From Lingula anatina (Eukaryota; Animalia; Brachiopoda), in contig CM120641.1 in assembly GCA_051362555.1 (NCBI GenBank), forward strand, positions 33,920,401 to 33,984,400: a stretch of DNA of 64,000 bases, given 5' to 3'. The notes below the pieces were generated by a model. It did no database searches. It saw only the letters and a program-made list of their open reading frames with translations, and was not told the origin of the DNA. How positions within the stretch are numbered: the stretch's first letter is position 1; the number at the start of each line of letters is the position of its first letter. A program made the position numbers and the translations under genes. This document shows positions 1 to 44,392 of this stretch, piece by piece.

Positions 1-353
1 CATAAGACACCCACCGGCTGACAGCCAAGCTGTTGAAAGGGAATACATTTAGAACTATAGGACTAACTTAAAGGAGGAAAGTTAGAATTAAAAAGTGACA
101 GGGAAAATGAAGTAAAGAACTCAACAGCATGGCAGCCACACAGACCCATCCTCAAATGGCAATTTATCATCATTGGGCACATTGCTCATCATATATAACA
201 GAACAAAGAAACCCAATTCCAATATCAATTATCTTTCAACTTTGAAACCTGACTGCATTGTAAATACCAGTGGGTATAAGCAAATACCAACACCACACAA
301 TGAATAGCACATTATGTCAAAATTTAACACCTTAAGTAATCATTTGCTAATAC

Positions 354-3490
<3,137 letters not shown>

Positions 3491-3496
<6 letters not shown>

Positions 3497-3620
3497 CTTG
3501 TCTTGTGATAACGAGACTCGTTTTCTATGCCACCTAGCGGAAGAAATGGCAACGACCCGCCCATTGTAACCAACAGGCAGAAATTACTTATCCCCTGCCC
3601 CACCCCGAATCCCCACTTCG
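3491..3620 (-). promoter_or_regulatory. PSMC6 core promoter/5' UTR region
   Basis: YY1-like CAAGATGGCG over the ATG, ETS-like GCGGAAG near 3537 and a GC box CCGCCC near 3557, in a locally CpG-richer stretch. Confidence 0.45.
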
Positions 3621-4185
3621 AAATTAAAAAAGGGAGGGAGATGTATGAAGTATACTTCAATTATTAATCAGGAGAAGTTGAAAATGAAAAAAAATGTTGT
3701 TTGCTCCCCACCTTAATGAAATTCGGCTGTTTAGTGAGGTGGGACGGGGTAGGCCCTATAGGTATCGTCTGCTCTTGCACTTTATTAGACGCCCACATTT
3801 ATAAAGCTTCATTCTACTCTTGGACCCATCATACAAAATATTTTAACGGCACAAGTTTGGGCTGCACGTTCTTCATATCATGTTGCAGCAAGAAATATTT
3901 TGTGAACAATCAAGTCCGTTAGGGCTATAGGCCAAAGCCTACATGTGTTTTTGGTAGGCCTATGCGTGATTATCACAAACCTTGTGGATGATCTGTTTGA
4001 AACATGGAAACAAAGAGTTGACATCGATGATCTGGTAAAAAAATCTTTTTAGAACTAACATTTAATAGGACCCAAGTGTTAGTTAGCATATTCTTCTTCC
4101 ATAAAAATCGGACAGTTCGGTGTTTTGAACAGTGAACAGTGAACGTAGGCTATTAGGCCAGTAAACGAGCATATTTTCCCCATTG

Positions 4186-7100
4186 AGGTTGGAAAAAATT
4201 GGTGACAAAGGTTTCTCAACTGATTCTGGTCCGTTGGAGGCCCAATATGGCCCAAAAAATTTTCCCCATGAATCCCCCCATGGCAAAGTCTCATTTTCCA
4301 CAAAAATCCAAAATGGCCGCTATTGAATGGGGTGGGTGGACTTGAAATCCATAACTTGGGAACCCAATGTAACAGAGACATGTTTTAAGTATCAACGTCT
4401 ACTAAGTGAGGGATCCCCAATCTTTTGCAACTAGTCTCAAGGTCACTGGAGGTCAAGGTCATGACCTTATTACAAGGTCAAGGCATTTTTTGAGGAAAAA
4501 ACCCCATAATGTCTAAATGACAGTTTCCCAATGTCACAGAAACATGTTTTAAGTATCAACTCCTACTAAGTGAGGGATCCCCAATCTTTTGCAACAACTT
4601 TCAAGGTCACTGGAGGTCAAGGTCATGACCTAATTATAAGATCTATACATTTTGTGAGCAAAAAAATGATGTGATGTCCATATATTGGTAACCTAATGTC
4701 ACAAAACATATTTTAGTATCCACTTTTATTGAATGATGCACCGCCAATCTTTTGCAAATTTATTCAGAGTCATTTGGGGTCAAGGTCATGACCCTAATTT
4801 CAAGGACACTGCATTTTTCGAGCAGAAAATTCCCATATTATCTAAACCTTTGTAATTGGATATCACAAAAGCATGTTTAAATATCATTTCCTTCTAAGTG
4901 AGGTTCTGAGAATAATATGCAATTGTTTTCAAGGCACCAGAGGTCAATGTTATGACCTTATTTTCAAGGTCATGGCATTTTTAGCTTGGACAAAATGCCA
5001 TCATGTCTACATTTTGATAACCCGGCCAATGTCACAGAAACATGTTTAAAGTATCGATTCATACTAAGTGACATTTGAAACTTTCTAAGATCACCACAGG
5101 TCAGGGTCATATCCTTATAACAAGGTTGTCATAATATTTAAGAAAAATTGATTTTACACTTGTCAAATACAACACAGGTGATTGTTTAAAGAATATTTCA
5201 TAACAGAAAAGGCATTGCTGCTACTGCATAGTACTCATTTAAATAAATGGCATTCAGTTTACAAGGCTTAAAGGTATACTGTACCCATTTCAAAATCACT
5301 AGGGCCTATGTGTTATATCTATGTTTAAATAAAGCTGTGTGTTTTACAGTATACAGGAACTAAAAGTGAAGTAAAAGCTTTATAACAGAATATAAACTTG
5401 TTTCACACTGGGATGGACAGCCTGTTATACAATTACCTTTGTAGCCTCACATAAGACATGTAAAAAATTGGAATATTCAGAATCTTATTACAGCATTCTA
5501 TACTACTGCAATGGAGGAATTAAGTCATGTTGGGTATATATATATTTAGATGAAATATTATGGAATTAGAAATGGGGACGTTTTATATTGGACACAGGCT
5601 GGGGGTACAAACTGCCAGTAAAAAAAACAATCATACAACCGGTGGTGAGTTTACAAGAAATGAAACAACCATATCAGAAGTAGGTAAGCAGTTTCCCTGG
5701 GGAAATATAACCAGGTATTTTTATGGTATTTACCTTCTTGCCCAGAAGTCAAATTGCTACACCATTTGAACATCCGTAACAAATAAGTTGGGTTTCTCTC
5801 CAGCTTTAAAAGTCAAAAGTTGATTTCTCAGATATTCACTTCCAATGCTTCTCTAAAACCTTCAAACTTACTAGCCGCAAGTTTATCACAATTGCTAGCT
5901 GTGGGTCTTTAACAATAGGTCTACAAGTAGATGTGGCATAGCAGAGTTAGGTATGGGTCAATTAGAGTCCTTTTCAGAGAAGAAATACATTTTCCTGGAC
6001 ACATTTAAGGAGCAATTTGACTGCATGATGGACAGTGATTAAAAGGCAAATGTGTCCTCTGCAGATATTTGCTTCAATACAACTTGAGGATAAGGTAGTC
6101 TGCATTAATGCACAACATTCAATAAGCATTTATTACCACCTGATCACTTAATATTTGTCAGAAGGTTATTTCTACGTGGTCAGCTTCAAACTGAAGGATA
6201 CAAAGTCCTTTACATACGTGTTAGATCCTAGCCCACAGCTACAACCGTTTGTACGTCCCTTGTCCTTGGTGCTTTGACCATCAAATACAGGCCTGTAGCC
6301 AGTGGCGTTCTGGATAAAATTTTATCTAATTACACAAATATTTCTTGGTAGAAGGTCCACTTTTTCAGAAAAAGCCCCCCTCCCCATATTTGAGACCGCA
6401 AGCTCGACACAATGACTGTCAACTGAGCTGCAGCAAAGTAAACGAAGGATGATGACGAGAGCCTGTAGCCAGTTTCCTATCCTAACAGACCTGATAAAAA
6501 CTTCCAGGTTGCAATCATGTCTCAGTAATAGTTCTCCAATCTGACAGGAGCTGGCATGATATGAAAACATGTAACTACTTTTGACACAGATGAGCACACC
6601 ATGAAACAGCAGCTTTAAAGTGTATCGACCAAAACATACTACACCTTCTAGTAGAGTGTTCACTTGCGGTGAACAAGTTCTTCCCAGCAAATGACCTGCT
6701 GCTTATTTCAGAATCCCACTGCAGGACCAAGAATTAGGATATTTAGGAAAAAGATGCTGAAATGACACTCAAAGTGCACCATCTACAAGTTTGTCTTCAC
6801 ACAAAAAAAAAAAAAAAATTAATTTCCCACTCAGCACATTAAAATTACACAATTAACCCAAGTACAGACTTGTGTCAGCATGCTCAGTAGGCTTGGGAGA
6901 GGGTAAAGCTTTTAGACCTCACCCATCCATGATGGAGCTAAAGGAATTGAATTGACCATTAAGAATCAACACACTTTACCATTGGCAATTCAGTAATGGC
7001 TGGCCTTTGGTTGTCATAAAAGCAACCAAATACAGATACTGATTAAATGGACAAATAAATATGCTTTATCAACTATCTCCTCTCTACAATGGCACACAGA

Positions 7101-8311
7101 TACTCCAAAGTAGATCATACATAAAAAGGTAGGACAAGAAGGCTTTAGGTCAATCACTGGGCAGACAAGAAGAGAGCTTATGCCTGTAGCACCTGTATTA
7201 AAATTTAAAAGTATTTACATCAAACCACAATGGGCTCAGGTCGCTCTATAAAATGTAACATTTGTCATAAAGAATGGAGATGCATATTTAGCTCTTAAAC
7301 AATCTTATGTGTTGTATTTAGCACACCCTAGAATCAAATTTTCATTAAATTTCATGATGACCTTGCAATAAGGTCAAGCCTGCATGTGCCTCCTAGATTT
7401 TGGAAATAGTTGCAAATGATAAAGAGGGCCCCATTTACAAGGCATTAATTGGCACGCTAAACACGTTTCTGACACATTTGGTAATTGAGAAAGTATGGAA
7501 TTTTGCTTGAAAACCTCATGACCTTGTAATAAGAGGTCAAAAACTTAATCTCTGGTGAACTTTAAATTAGTTGCAATTGATTGTTTACTTCTCATTTAGA
7601 AGGAATTGATACATTTAACATGCATGATTTAGTGACATACGGTTACCAAGATATAGATAATATGATATCATTCACTTGGAAAATACCATGACCTTGACAT
7701 TTTTTAATAATATTGGCCTCTGCTGACCTTGAAAATAGTTGCAAGTGTTTGGCAGTGTCCCACTTGGTTGGTATTGTTTCTTATAACATGTTTCTATGAC
7801 ACTGGGAAACTGTCATATAGACAATAAGGCTTTTTTTGCTCCAAAAATGCCTTGACCTTGTAATAAGGTCATGACCTTGACCTCTGGTGACCTTGATACT
7901 AGTTGCAAAAGATTGGGGATCCCTCACTTAGTAGGCGTTGATACTTAAAACATGTTTCTGTGACATTGGGAAATTGTCATATAGACATTATGGGTTTATT
8001 TTCTCCAAAAATGCCTTGACCTTGTTATAAGGTCATGACCTTGACCTCCAGTGACCTTGAGACTAGTTGCAAAAGATTGGGGATCCCTCACTTAGTAGGA
8101 ATTGATACTTAAAGCGTGTTTCTGTGACATTGGGTTCCCAAGTTATGGATTTCAAGTCCACCCACCCCATTCAACAGCGGCCATTTTGGATTTTTGTGGA
8201 AAATGAGACTTTGCCATGGGGGGATTCATGGGGGAAATTTTTTTGGCTATATTGGGCCTTCAACGGACCAGAATCAATTGAGAAACCTTTGTCACCAATT
8301 TTTTCCAACCT
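4186..8311. mobile_element. About 4.1-kb decayed DNA transposon with long, internally repetitive inverted arms
   Basis: AGGTTGGAAAAAATTGGTGACAAAGG at 4186 is mirrored by ...CACCAATTTTTTCCAACCT at 8311. About 164-bp subterminal units occur roughly five times per side (about 4360-5130 and 7350-8130) and degrade inward. The interior has stop-riddled Cys/His-rich fragments. Superfamily not determined. Confidence 0.85.
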
Positions 8312-8724
8312 AAGTTGTTTATTGACTGGCCTATATTGCTATTCAAAGAAAGGCGGTTTTACGGAGGGCAGTAGGCCTATGGGCCTACTGAATTTTTTTA
8401 GGGGGCGGAATGTGTCAGAAACAAGTATCGTAAGTGTGGCTTTTTAGTGCAGGGCTGTCAAGTCGCAATTTTCATTTAGACGAACGATACATCCATGTAG
8501 GCCTACGAGCTATTTATTGAGAATGAAATACAAATAACCAAACGGTTTAAAATACATTTTGTTTGGAAAAGCAAGTTTTTCTGTGTCTTGCTTTAATCTC
8601 GAGGTGACAGTTAATGTCACTCAAATAATTCACAGTAAAACAATGATTAATATTAATATAAAGTGTGGAAAATGCAAATCGAAATGTATAGCGAAAAAAA
8701 AATTATATATCCATATCCGTGCAC

Positions 8725-10084
8725 CTACTCTTCGTCCCAACCGAGCCAAAAAGGATCAATTTCTGAATGTATCGCATCAACCGGATTCGTTTGACAATTT
8801 ATTTGCTTAGATTTTTTAAAGTTAAATTTTACTAACAGCTTATCGCGCTTTCTTTTCTTTCCCACGTTCATTGCTGTCCGAGGTTGAACTATGGTGTATT
8901 CACTCAACTGTGTTTTGGAGTCCACTGGAAAGTAAACAGTTTGAATTACTATTCTTTCATTTTACTATTATTCGAACAGAAAAAAAATTATCACTGCATA
9001 CTTTATTAAGAAGTATAAAAGACTGAAAGAATAGGTCTAATATATGTCGTGCTATCGATGAAGTTTAAAGTCTTTGTTAAAACTACTGCAATAGACTTGA
9101 TGGTTGTAGATAACTCTTTTTAAACTATATAGAATTAATTATTATCGGGATACATCGTCAATCTTTATCACAACAAAAAGCTTTCTATTTTAATCATTTA
9201 TTACGCAATAATTAAATGTCCAAATTTACAAATTAGCACTGCCACAACTCGGACAACTGCATGAATGTCGTTGAAAGTCATGAAATATTTTAATAGATCT
9301 TATGTAATGGCTGTAGTATCATTTATTTCATATGTTTGTTTTTTCAGATGGAGAGTGATACACTATTTTTATCTACTTACTTATGAAGCGTCTGGCAAGT
9401 TGTTGCAAGCTATCAGGACATGCACGGAAATACGTTTCCGTTTTCGCTGCAAATATAACTTGAACTTATAAGGGTTCCTTACAAGATTCTGCAGAAATAA
9501 TTGATACAAAATCAAGACGAAATGTCTTGAGTAGAATGCTGAATATCAATAAGTTTAATATAGAGAAAATCCTTTTTATTGATATTATTAGGAAAAAATT
9601 TTTTCATTAATATCTTAAAGAAAAGTCACGAAATAACTGCATACATTTAATACTGACCGTTTTGTGTAACCTGCATCTTGTGTCGGCCATTATCGATCTC
9701 TTTTTGAAGCCTCAATGGTTTGCTCATTGCTGGCGACTGGTAACTTTCAATATTTTCCAGAGAGTTATCGCCTCCTTCATGTCCGGGTTCAACATACACG
9801 GCTTTCTGAATGTAGTTAGGGGACGTAGTCATTACAAAATATTCACTCGAGTATAGTGACATATTGGTGGAATTTTCTTCTCTCTGGTGACTTATTCCTG
9901 CTACTGAAACAAACAAACAAAAATGAATATGCTGTAAAATCATTAATTTCTCTTCCGATTTTATTTCCTTCTCTTTAAAATATTTCTAATTGATACGAAA
10001 TGTGAATGTCAACCACAATTGAATAAAAGCCGCTTTAAAAAGTAAAAAAAGCAAATAATATTAATTAAAATAACATACACCAGA

Positions 10085-10141
<57 letters not shown>

Positions 10142-10491
10142 AAGTAATTTCTCTTTGGAAACAATTTGATCTGGAAAGTAAGATATTTTTGCTTATATGA
10201 GTAGCGCAAAAAAGTAAAGGATGTAGCACTAGTAAAAATCCGTTTCTATGCATACATTTTCAGATAATAGAAATATGAAAACGATAAGACCAAACCTGTT
10301 TTAGAAAATCAAAACTTACGAGCACAAATATTCTTATCGAAATTAAATGCCATAAGTCCATCTACATTTGGACCGTTATCCCCGTTGAAGTCGTTTCCCT
10401 TCACAATCATATTGCTTGGTAATTCGCAGTTTTTGCAGTGATCCATTGATCCTGTCAATGATCTTAATAGATTTACTCCTTTCTCCAACAT
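8725..10491 (-). CDS. Putative 4-exon orphan protein (about 227 aa) with BC-box-like motif and basic NLS-like motif; 5' end uncertain
   Basis: Exons 10320-10491, 9658-9903, 9381-9446, 8725-8924. Donors are GTAAGT, GTCAGT and GTAAGT, acceptors are pyrimidine-rich CAG, and all three introns are phase 1, giving one 684-nt open frame. AATAAA lies on the minus strand at 8518-8513. No homology recognised. Confidence 0.55.
10088..10138. repeat. (TTA)n microsatellite
   Basis: Direct reading. Confidence 0.95.
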
Positions 10492-10758
10492 GAAAGTCTC
10501 AAAATTTTCTTTGTTGTTGTTGCTAGGTCACCCAGGTAGTCATGGAAGCTTGCAAATGCAACCATAGACAAATAATAATTACGTTTATATTATGCAAACT
10601 GAATAGTTTTCCCATTAAGATGTTGAATTTATCAGCAAAGCCGATACGTCCGATTTTTATTCATATGGATTACAAAAAAAAAAGAAAAAAAAAAGAGGTA
10701 GATTAACCGAATTTTGCTTTTTGTTTGTCCATGCCGTCTGTTGTCAACGTAAACTGTT

Positions 10759-11180
10759 TGACGTTATGACAAATCATAGTCTTTATGACGTACACAAGTC
10801 TCGTATCGTGTCTTGTTGTTGGCAATACTATTAAACACAAAGCAGACCCTGTATTATGACTTCGACAAGTGGTGCTGTGCTAAAATTGTAGATCTAATTC
10901 TCTATACTGCACACAAAACTTGCCACAAAACACGGAGGCTATGACTTAGATATGTTGCGATGAGTCAGTAATGAAGCTTTTGTGACGTGTAGAAATATTA
11001 ATCGAAGACTTCTATGACGTTTCGCGTCGTAATTTTCTATGAAGTAAAGATCCTACTGTGACGTGCAGAAATCGCATCGAGTCACAAGTGAAACTTTTAT
11101 GACGTGGACAATGAACACGACGCACACAGTTACGTTATATTCTCTGGCATAGATCTAGACCTAAGCGTCTTTTATGACGT
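10759..11180. repeat. Cluster of about 10 dispersed T(A/G)TGAC(G/T)T motifs (CRE half-site-like)
   Basis: Motifs near 10759, 10784, 10855, 10940, 10981, 11013, 11038 (variant), 11057, 11098 and 11173, plus TGAGTCA at 10961. Confidence 0.7.
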
Positions 11181-13704
11181 AGGTCTAGTCTTAAAAGATA
11201 CCCAACGCGCGCTAACAACGCAGTAGACCTTGTCGCAGAAAATTCGCGTTGTGAGATAGGTCATATGTGAGATTTAGATCTTTGCACTCCACTGCCCATG
11301 GTCAGAAAATTGATTAAAACGGGATTCCTCGGATTACAGTTCTATGATGTAAACGCAATAGGGCATGGGGTGGAATTAGTTTTTCAACATGGAAGTACAT
11401 GTAGATAAGTACAAACTATGATTTACTAAATTAAACAATCGAATGCAGCTTTTCACGTCTTTGAAATAACATTCTGATCACGTCTTTTAAAAATCTTCTC
11501 ATGTATTCAAGGAGTTAAACTCCTTGATGTATTCAAGAATTCAATTCGTAGGCCTACTTATAATTCCTCGTTTAGAGTTTAAACTTCAGGCTCTCTCTCA
11601 CATCTTTAGAATTGTTGAGTAGGCCCATTGTGTTAAACTATGATACAACTTAAAATGTTGGTGAAATAGTCACAAAAGCTCACTTAGGCAAAAATCGGGA
11701 TCTTTGCATTCCGTAAGGCAATTTTGTGAGCATTCCATTTAAAGATGAACATGAATTGCTTGTTTTGAAAAGTCACAAATTAAACGCTATTGAAACTCAT
11801 CTATTGAAACTTTATTTTTGCCTGTATGTATGAGATTAATAGTGAACACAATACAACAGCCTCTATTTTCACAATATTAAAAGTAGTCTGAATGGCAGAC
11901 TTGTAAGTTCTGGCTTATATTCACATCTTTTTTTTTTTTTCATTTACAGTGCAAACTGATATCAAATGGTGAAATGTCAAGTCATTGTACAAAACAATTA
12001 CAATAGTCATTGTGCATATTGAAAAGTACAAAAAGTGGCAGTGATTTCACTTATGTAAAATATTTCAATAATCCAGAAAGGAACAATTGTTATGCACAAT
12101 TTACTACATTATGTAAACTTTTTTTTACAAACACTCAAAATAATCACAGGAGAAAGACTGGTACAAAATCCAGCAGGAACACCATCATAAATAAGATTTT
12201 AGTAAATATTCTAATAACACTACATTAAAATCTTTTGATTAGTGAATTTGTAAAGAAAATAATTATGATTCAGATAACGAAATACACTTGAAATTTCTAC
12301 TAACATTTCTTGAAATACAAATCATACTAGTATTTTCTCCAAGAATCCTTTCTTATTGTAACTTAGCATAATAAAGTATGGCAATGTTGATGCAACATAC
12401 ACAAAAGGATAGATGCCTGCCCTTTTAAGTGAACCTTCTTTACTTTGGACAACACAACAATTTGGGGAATGAGACAAGGATACAGCAACTCCAAGTGCTA
12501 CTTCTACATGTCTTGTAAGACACTTTGTAGCTTATGCCTTATATTATATTAAACTTCTAATATAATGTTAAACACATGATCTGAGGTTGGAAAAAAAACA
12601 TATTGACTAATTGCATGTGTACCGCATGTAATAACCATAGTGACTTTTTTCTCATAAGAATAAAAAGCAACTTACTACAATTATACTGCTCATGGTTATC
12701 CATTTGTCTATCAGACTGGACAAACTGCCATCATCATTGGTGGTAAATAAAAAGTGGGGGGGGGGGGGGGGGTAGCCATGGGCCCCTTTCCTTATGAAAA
12801 AATCTAGTAACAACGATTTTTAATTCATCAGACATCTGACTACTACAATACAGAATAACTGGAATGCACCCAGCCTTGCCACAGCTGAAGGACAAACCTT
12901 TCTCTTCAAGAAACTCTCATGTGGCAGCAATTTCAAACTTGTAAGCAGATACATGAATGAGAGTGTAACAACAAGGTGGTAAGATACACACTTAAAGAAT
13001 CTAAGACTGAGTGCACCTCATCTTGTGAGACTTTATATCAAACAAAGTTATCTCCAGATCTGATGCTATGAATTTGCATACAATTGCTAGACCGTAGTCT
13101 TGCTTCTTGAATGAGATTTATGAGGAAAGCACTTACTATGAAACATAAATGACTAAAACCTAATAATCATTAACCGTTTTAAAAAGAATAAAATTGGCAT
13201 TAAAAAGAAGAAAAATTGGTATAACTTAAAGAAATAAACAAGAACTATAATATTATATTATGTAACAAGACAGGCATTTTTTCACTTTCCTTCTTTGGCT
13301 TTTGAAGCTACTCTTTTAATCATATTATGATATATATATCCAAGCAGAATAAGTTAAATATTCACCCTTTCCTTATGGTTTATATACAGATCTGCAAAAC
13401 CAATGGTAAGCAGAGGTATCTTCAATCTGACAATTGTCAAAACTAGAATAATTCTGATACATTGAAGGTGCAAACCATGCTTACTGAAGATTCAGTTCTC
13501 ACCAGATTATGTCAGAATGAATTCATTTGCTCAGACCATGCATTTCCAAATGACTACAAACAATCAACTGGAAGTTATTTTTGATGGGATGACATGTGAG
13601 TGAAATGTTGACATCACTAGAAACATGTTCAGAAAATCAGTACTTCGCCAAAAAATGTGTCATCTGGGGCCTATTTTACAAATAAACTCAAAACTGAGAG
13701 TTTT

Positions 13705-13987
13705 GGCCCATTCAGAACAAGTTAGATCTGTGGATTAACATATTCACGAATCAAATATGGCCAACCTTCTTTAAAACAATGCCAGTGAATCCCCTAATGG
13801 ACTCCTCTCCTCCAAGACAATTAAATTGTGGATTGACATAGAGCTGAAATTTAGTTGCTGTGCAGGGACGGCGAAAGTGGAGGGCAGGGAGTTCATTAGG
13901 GGATTGGGCGGCATTGCTTTAAAGTGGGTCGTCCATATTTGATCAAAAATCTGTTAGTCCGTCGATCAACTTGTTCTGAAAGTGCCC
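13705..13987. mobile_element. Old degenerate palindromic MITE downstream of the SUR stop codon
   Basis: TTCAGAACAAGTT...ATCAAATATGG...AATCCCCTAATG is mirrored by CATTAGGGGATT...CCATATTTGAT...AACTTGTTCTGAA with many mismatches. Confidence 0.7.
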
Positions 13988-14882
13988 TTAGTTTCCACTT
14001 TCAGAGCATAAGTTAGTCAAGCCTGACACAAGATAAACCTGCAGTAGGAAATATTATGTCTGTTCTAGGAAGAATATAAGAACATGTATGTTTGAGAACA
14101 ATATTTACTTTATTCTAGTAGGCTGAAATGTATTTAACCTGAATTGAGCTAGACCAAAATATTCTGGTCTAAAAGATTCTGTACACTGTACCAGTTAAAG
14201 TTCTATTAATCCAAACAGGATTAAACATAACAATAAAGCTCATGTATTTCATTCACAAGGTAATAACTAAGGTAACATCTATAACCTACCCACTAAGAAA
14301 AAAAAAGAAAGCATACTTAAAACATACTTGTATTAAGCATACTTGGCAATTATCTGATACAAATCCACTGCATACCAATTTTATACTAAAACTCCTTTTT
14401 TTATAAACTGTGACCTTAAAAAAGTATTAAGCTGTGTCCACCAACAGAGCAACCAAAATGTATACAAGTAGCACTTTAACTCACTTTTTTTCACCAACAA
14501 CAGTTTCTGTACAAAATAGATATATAATTGAAAAAAAAAATTGAAGTAAAATAAAATGTACATGAAACTGCTATGTATCTCCTTTCTTCATATACAGTTA
14601 TAATGTAATGATTCACTGAATACATCTAACTAATTGAATTTGAGCAAATGAAATTTTGTCTAAACAGAAAAAGCTTTTTTAAATCAAACTATTCTGACTG
14701 TTGATTAAATCTGCAAAGATGAATAACACAATGAATTACTGTAAACAACAGTGCTGAACTCATGTGCATGTATAAGGCAGATAATTTCTTCATTTTAATA
14801 GCTATGTGACTGAATTATGCTCACTTAGAAAATCCAGACATATTTTCAAAGTCTGTTTTGATGAGTCAAATATTTGGCACAT

Positions 14883-44392
<29,510 letters not shown>

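Noticed and set aside
4079-8447. Similar ORFs (ENETLPWGDSWGKFF) at 4083 and 8124
   Set aside because: Chance frames in the mirrored terminal repeats of the 4.1-kb element.
11298-11408. 36-codon plus-strand ORF MVRKLIKTGFLGLQFYDV...
   Set aside because: Too short, with no splice partners or recognisable motif.
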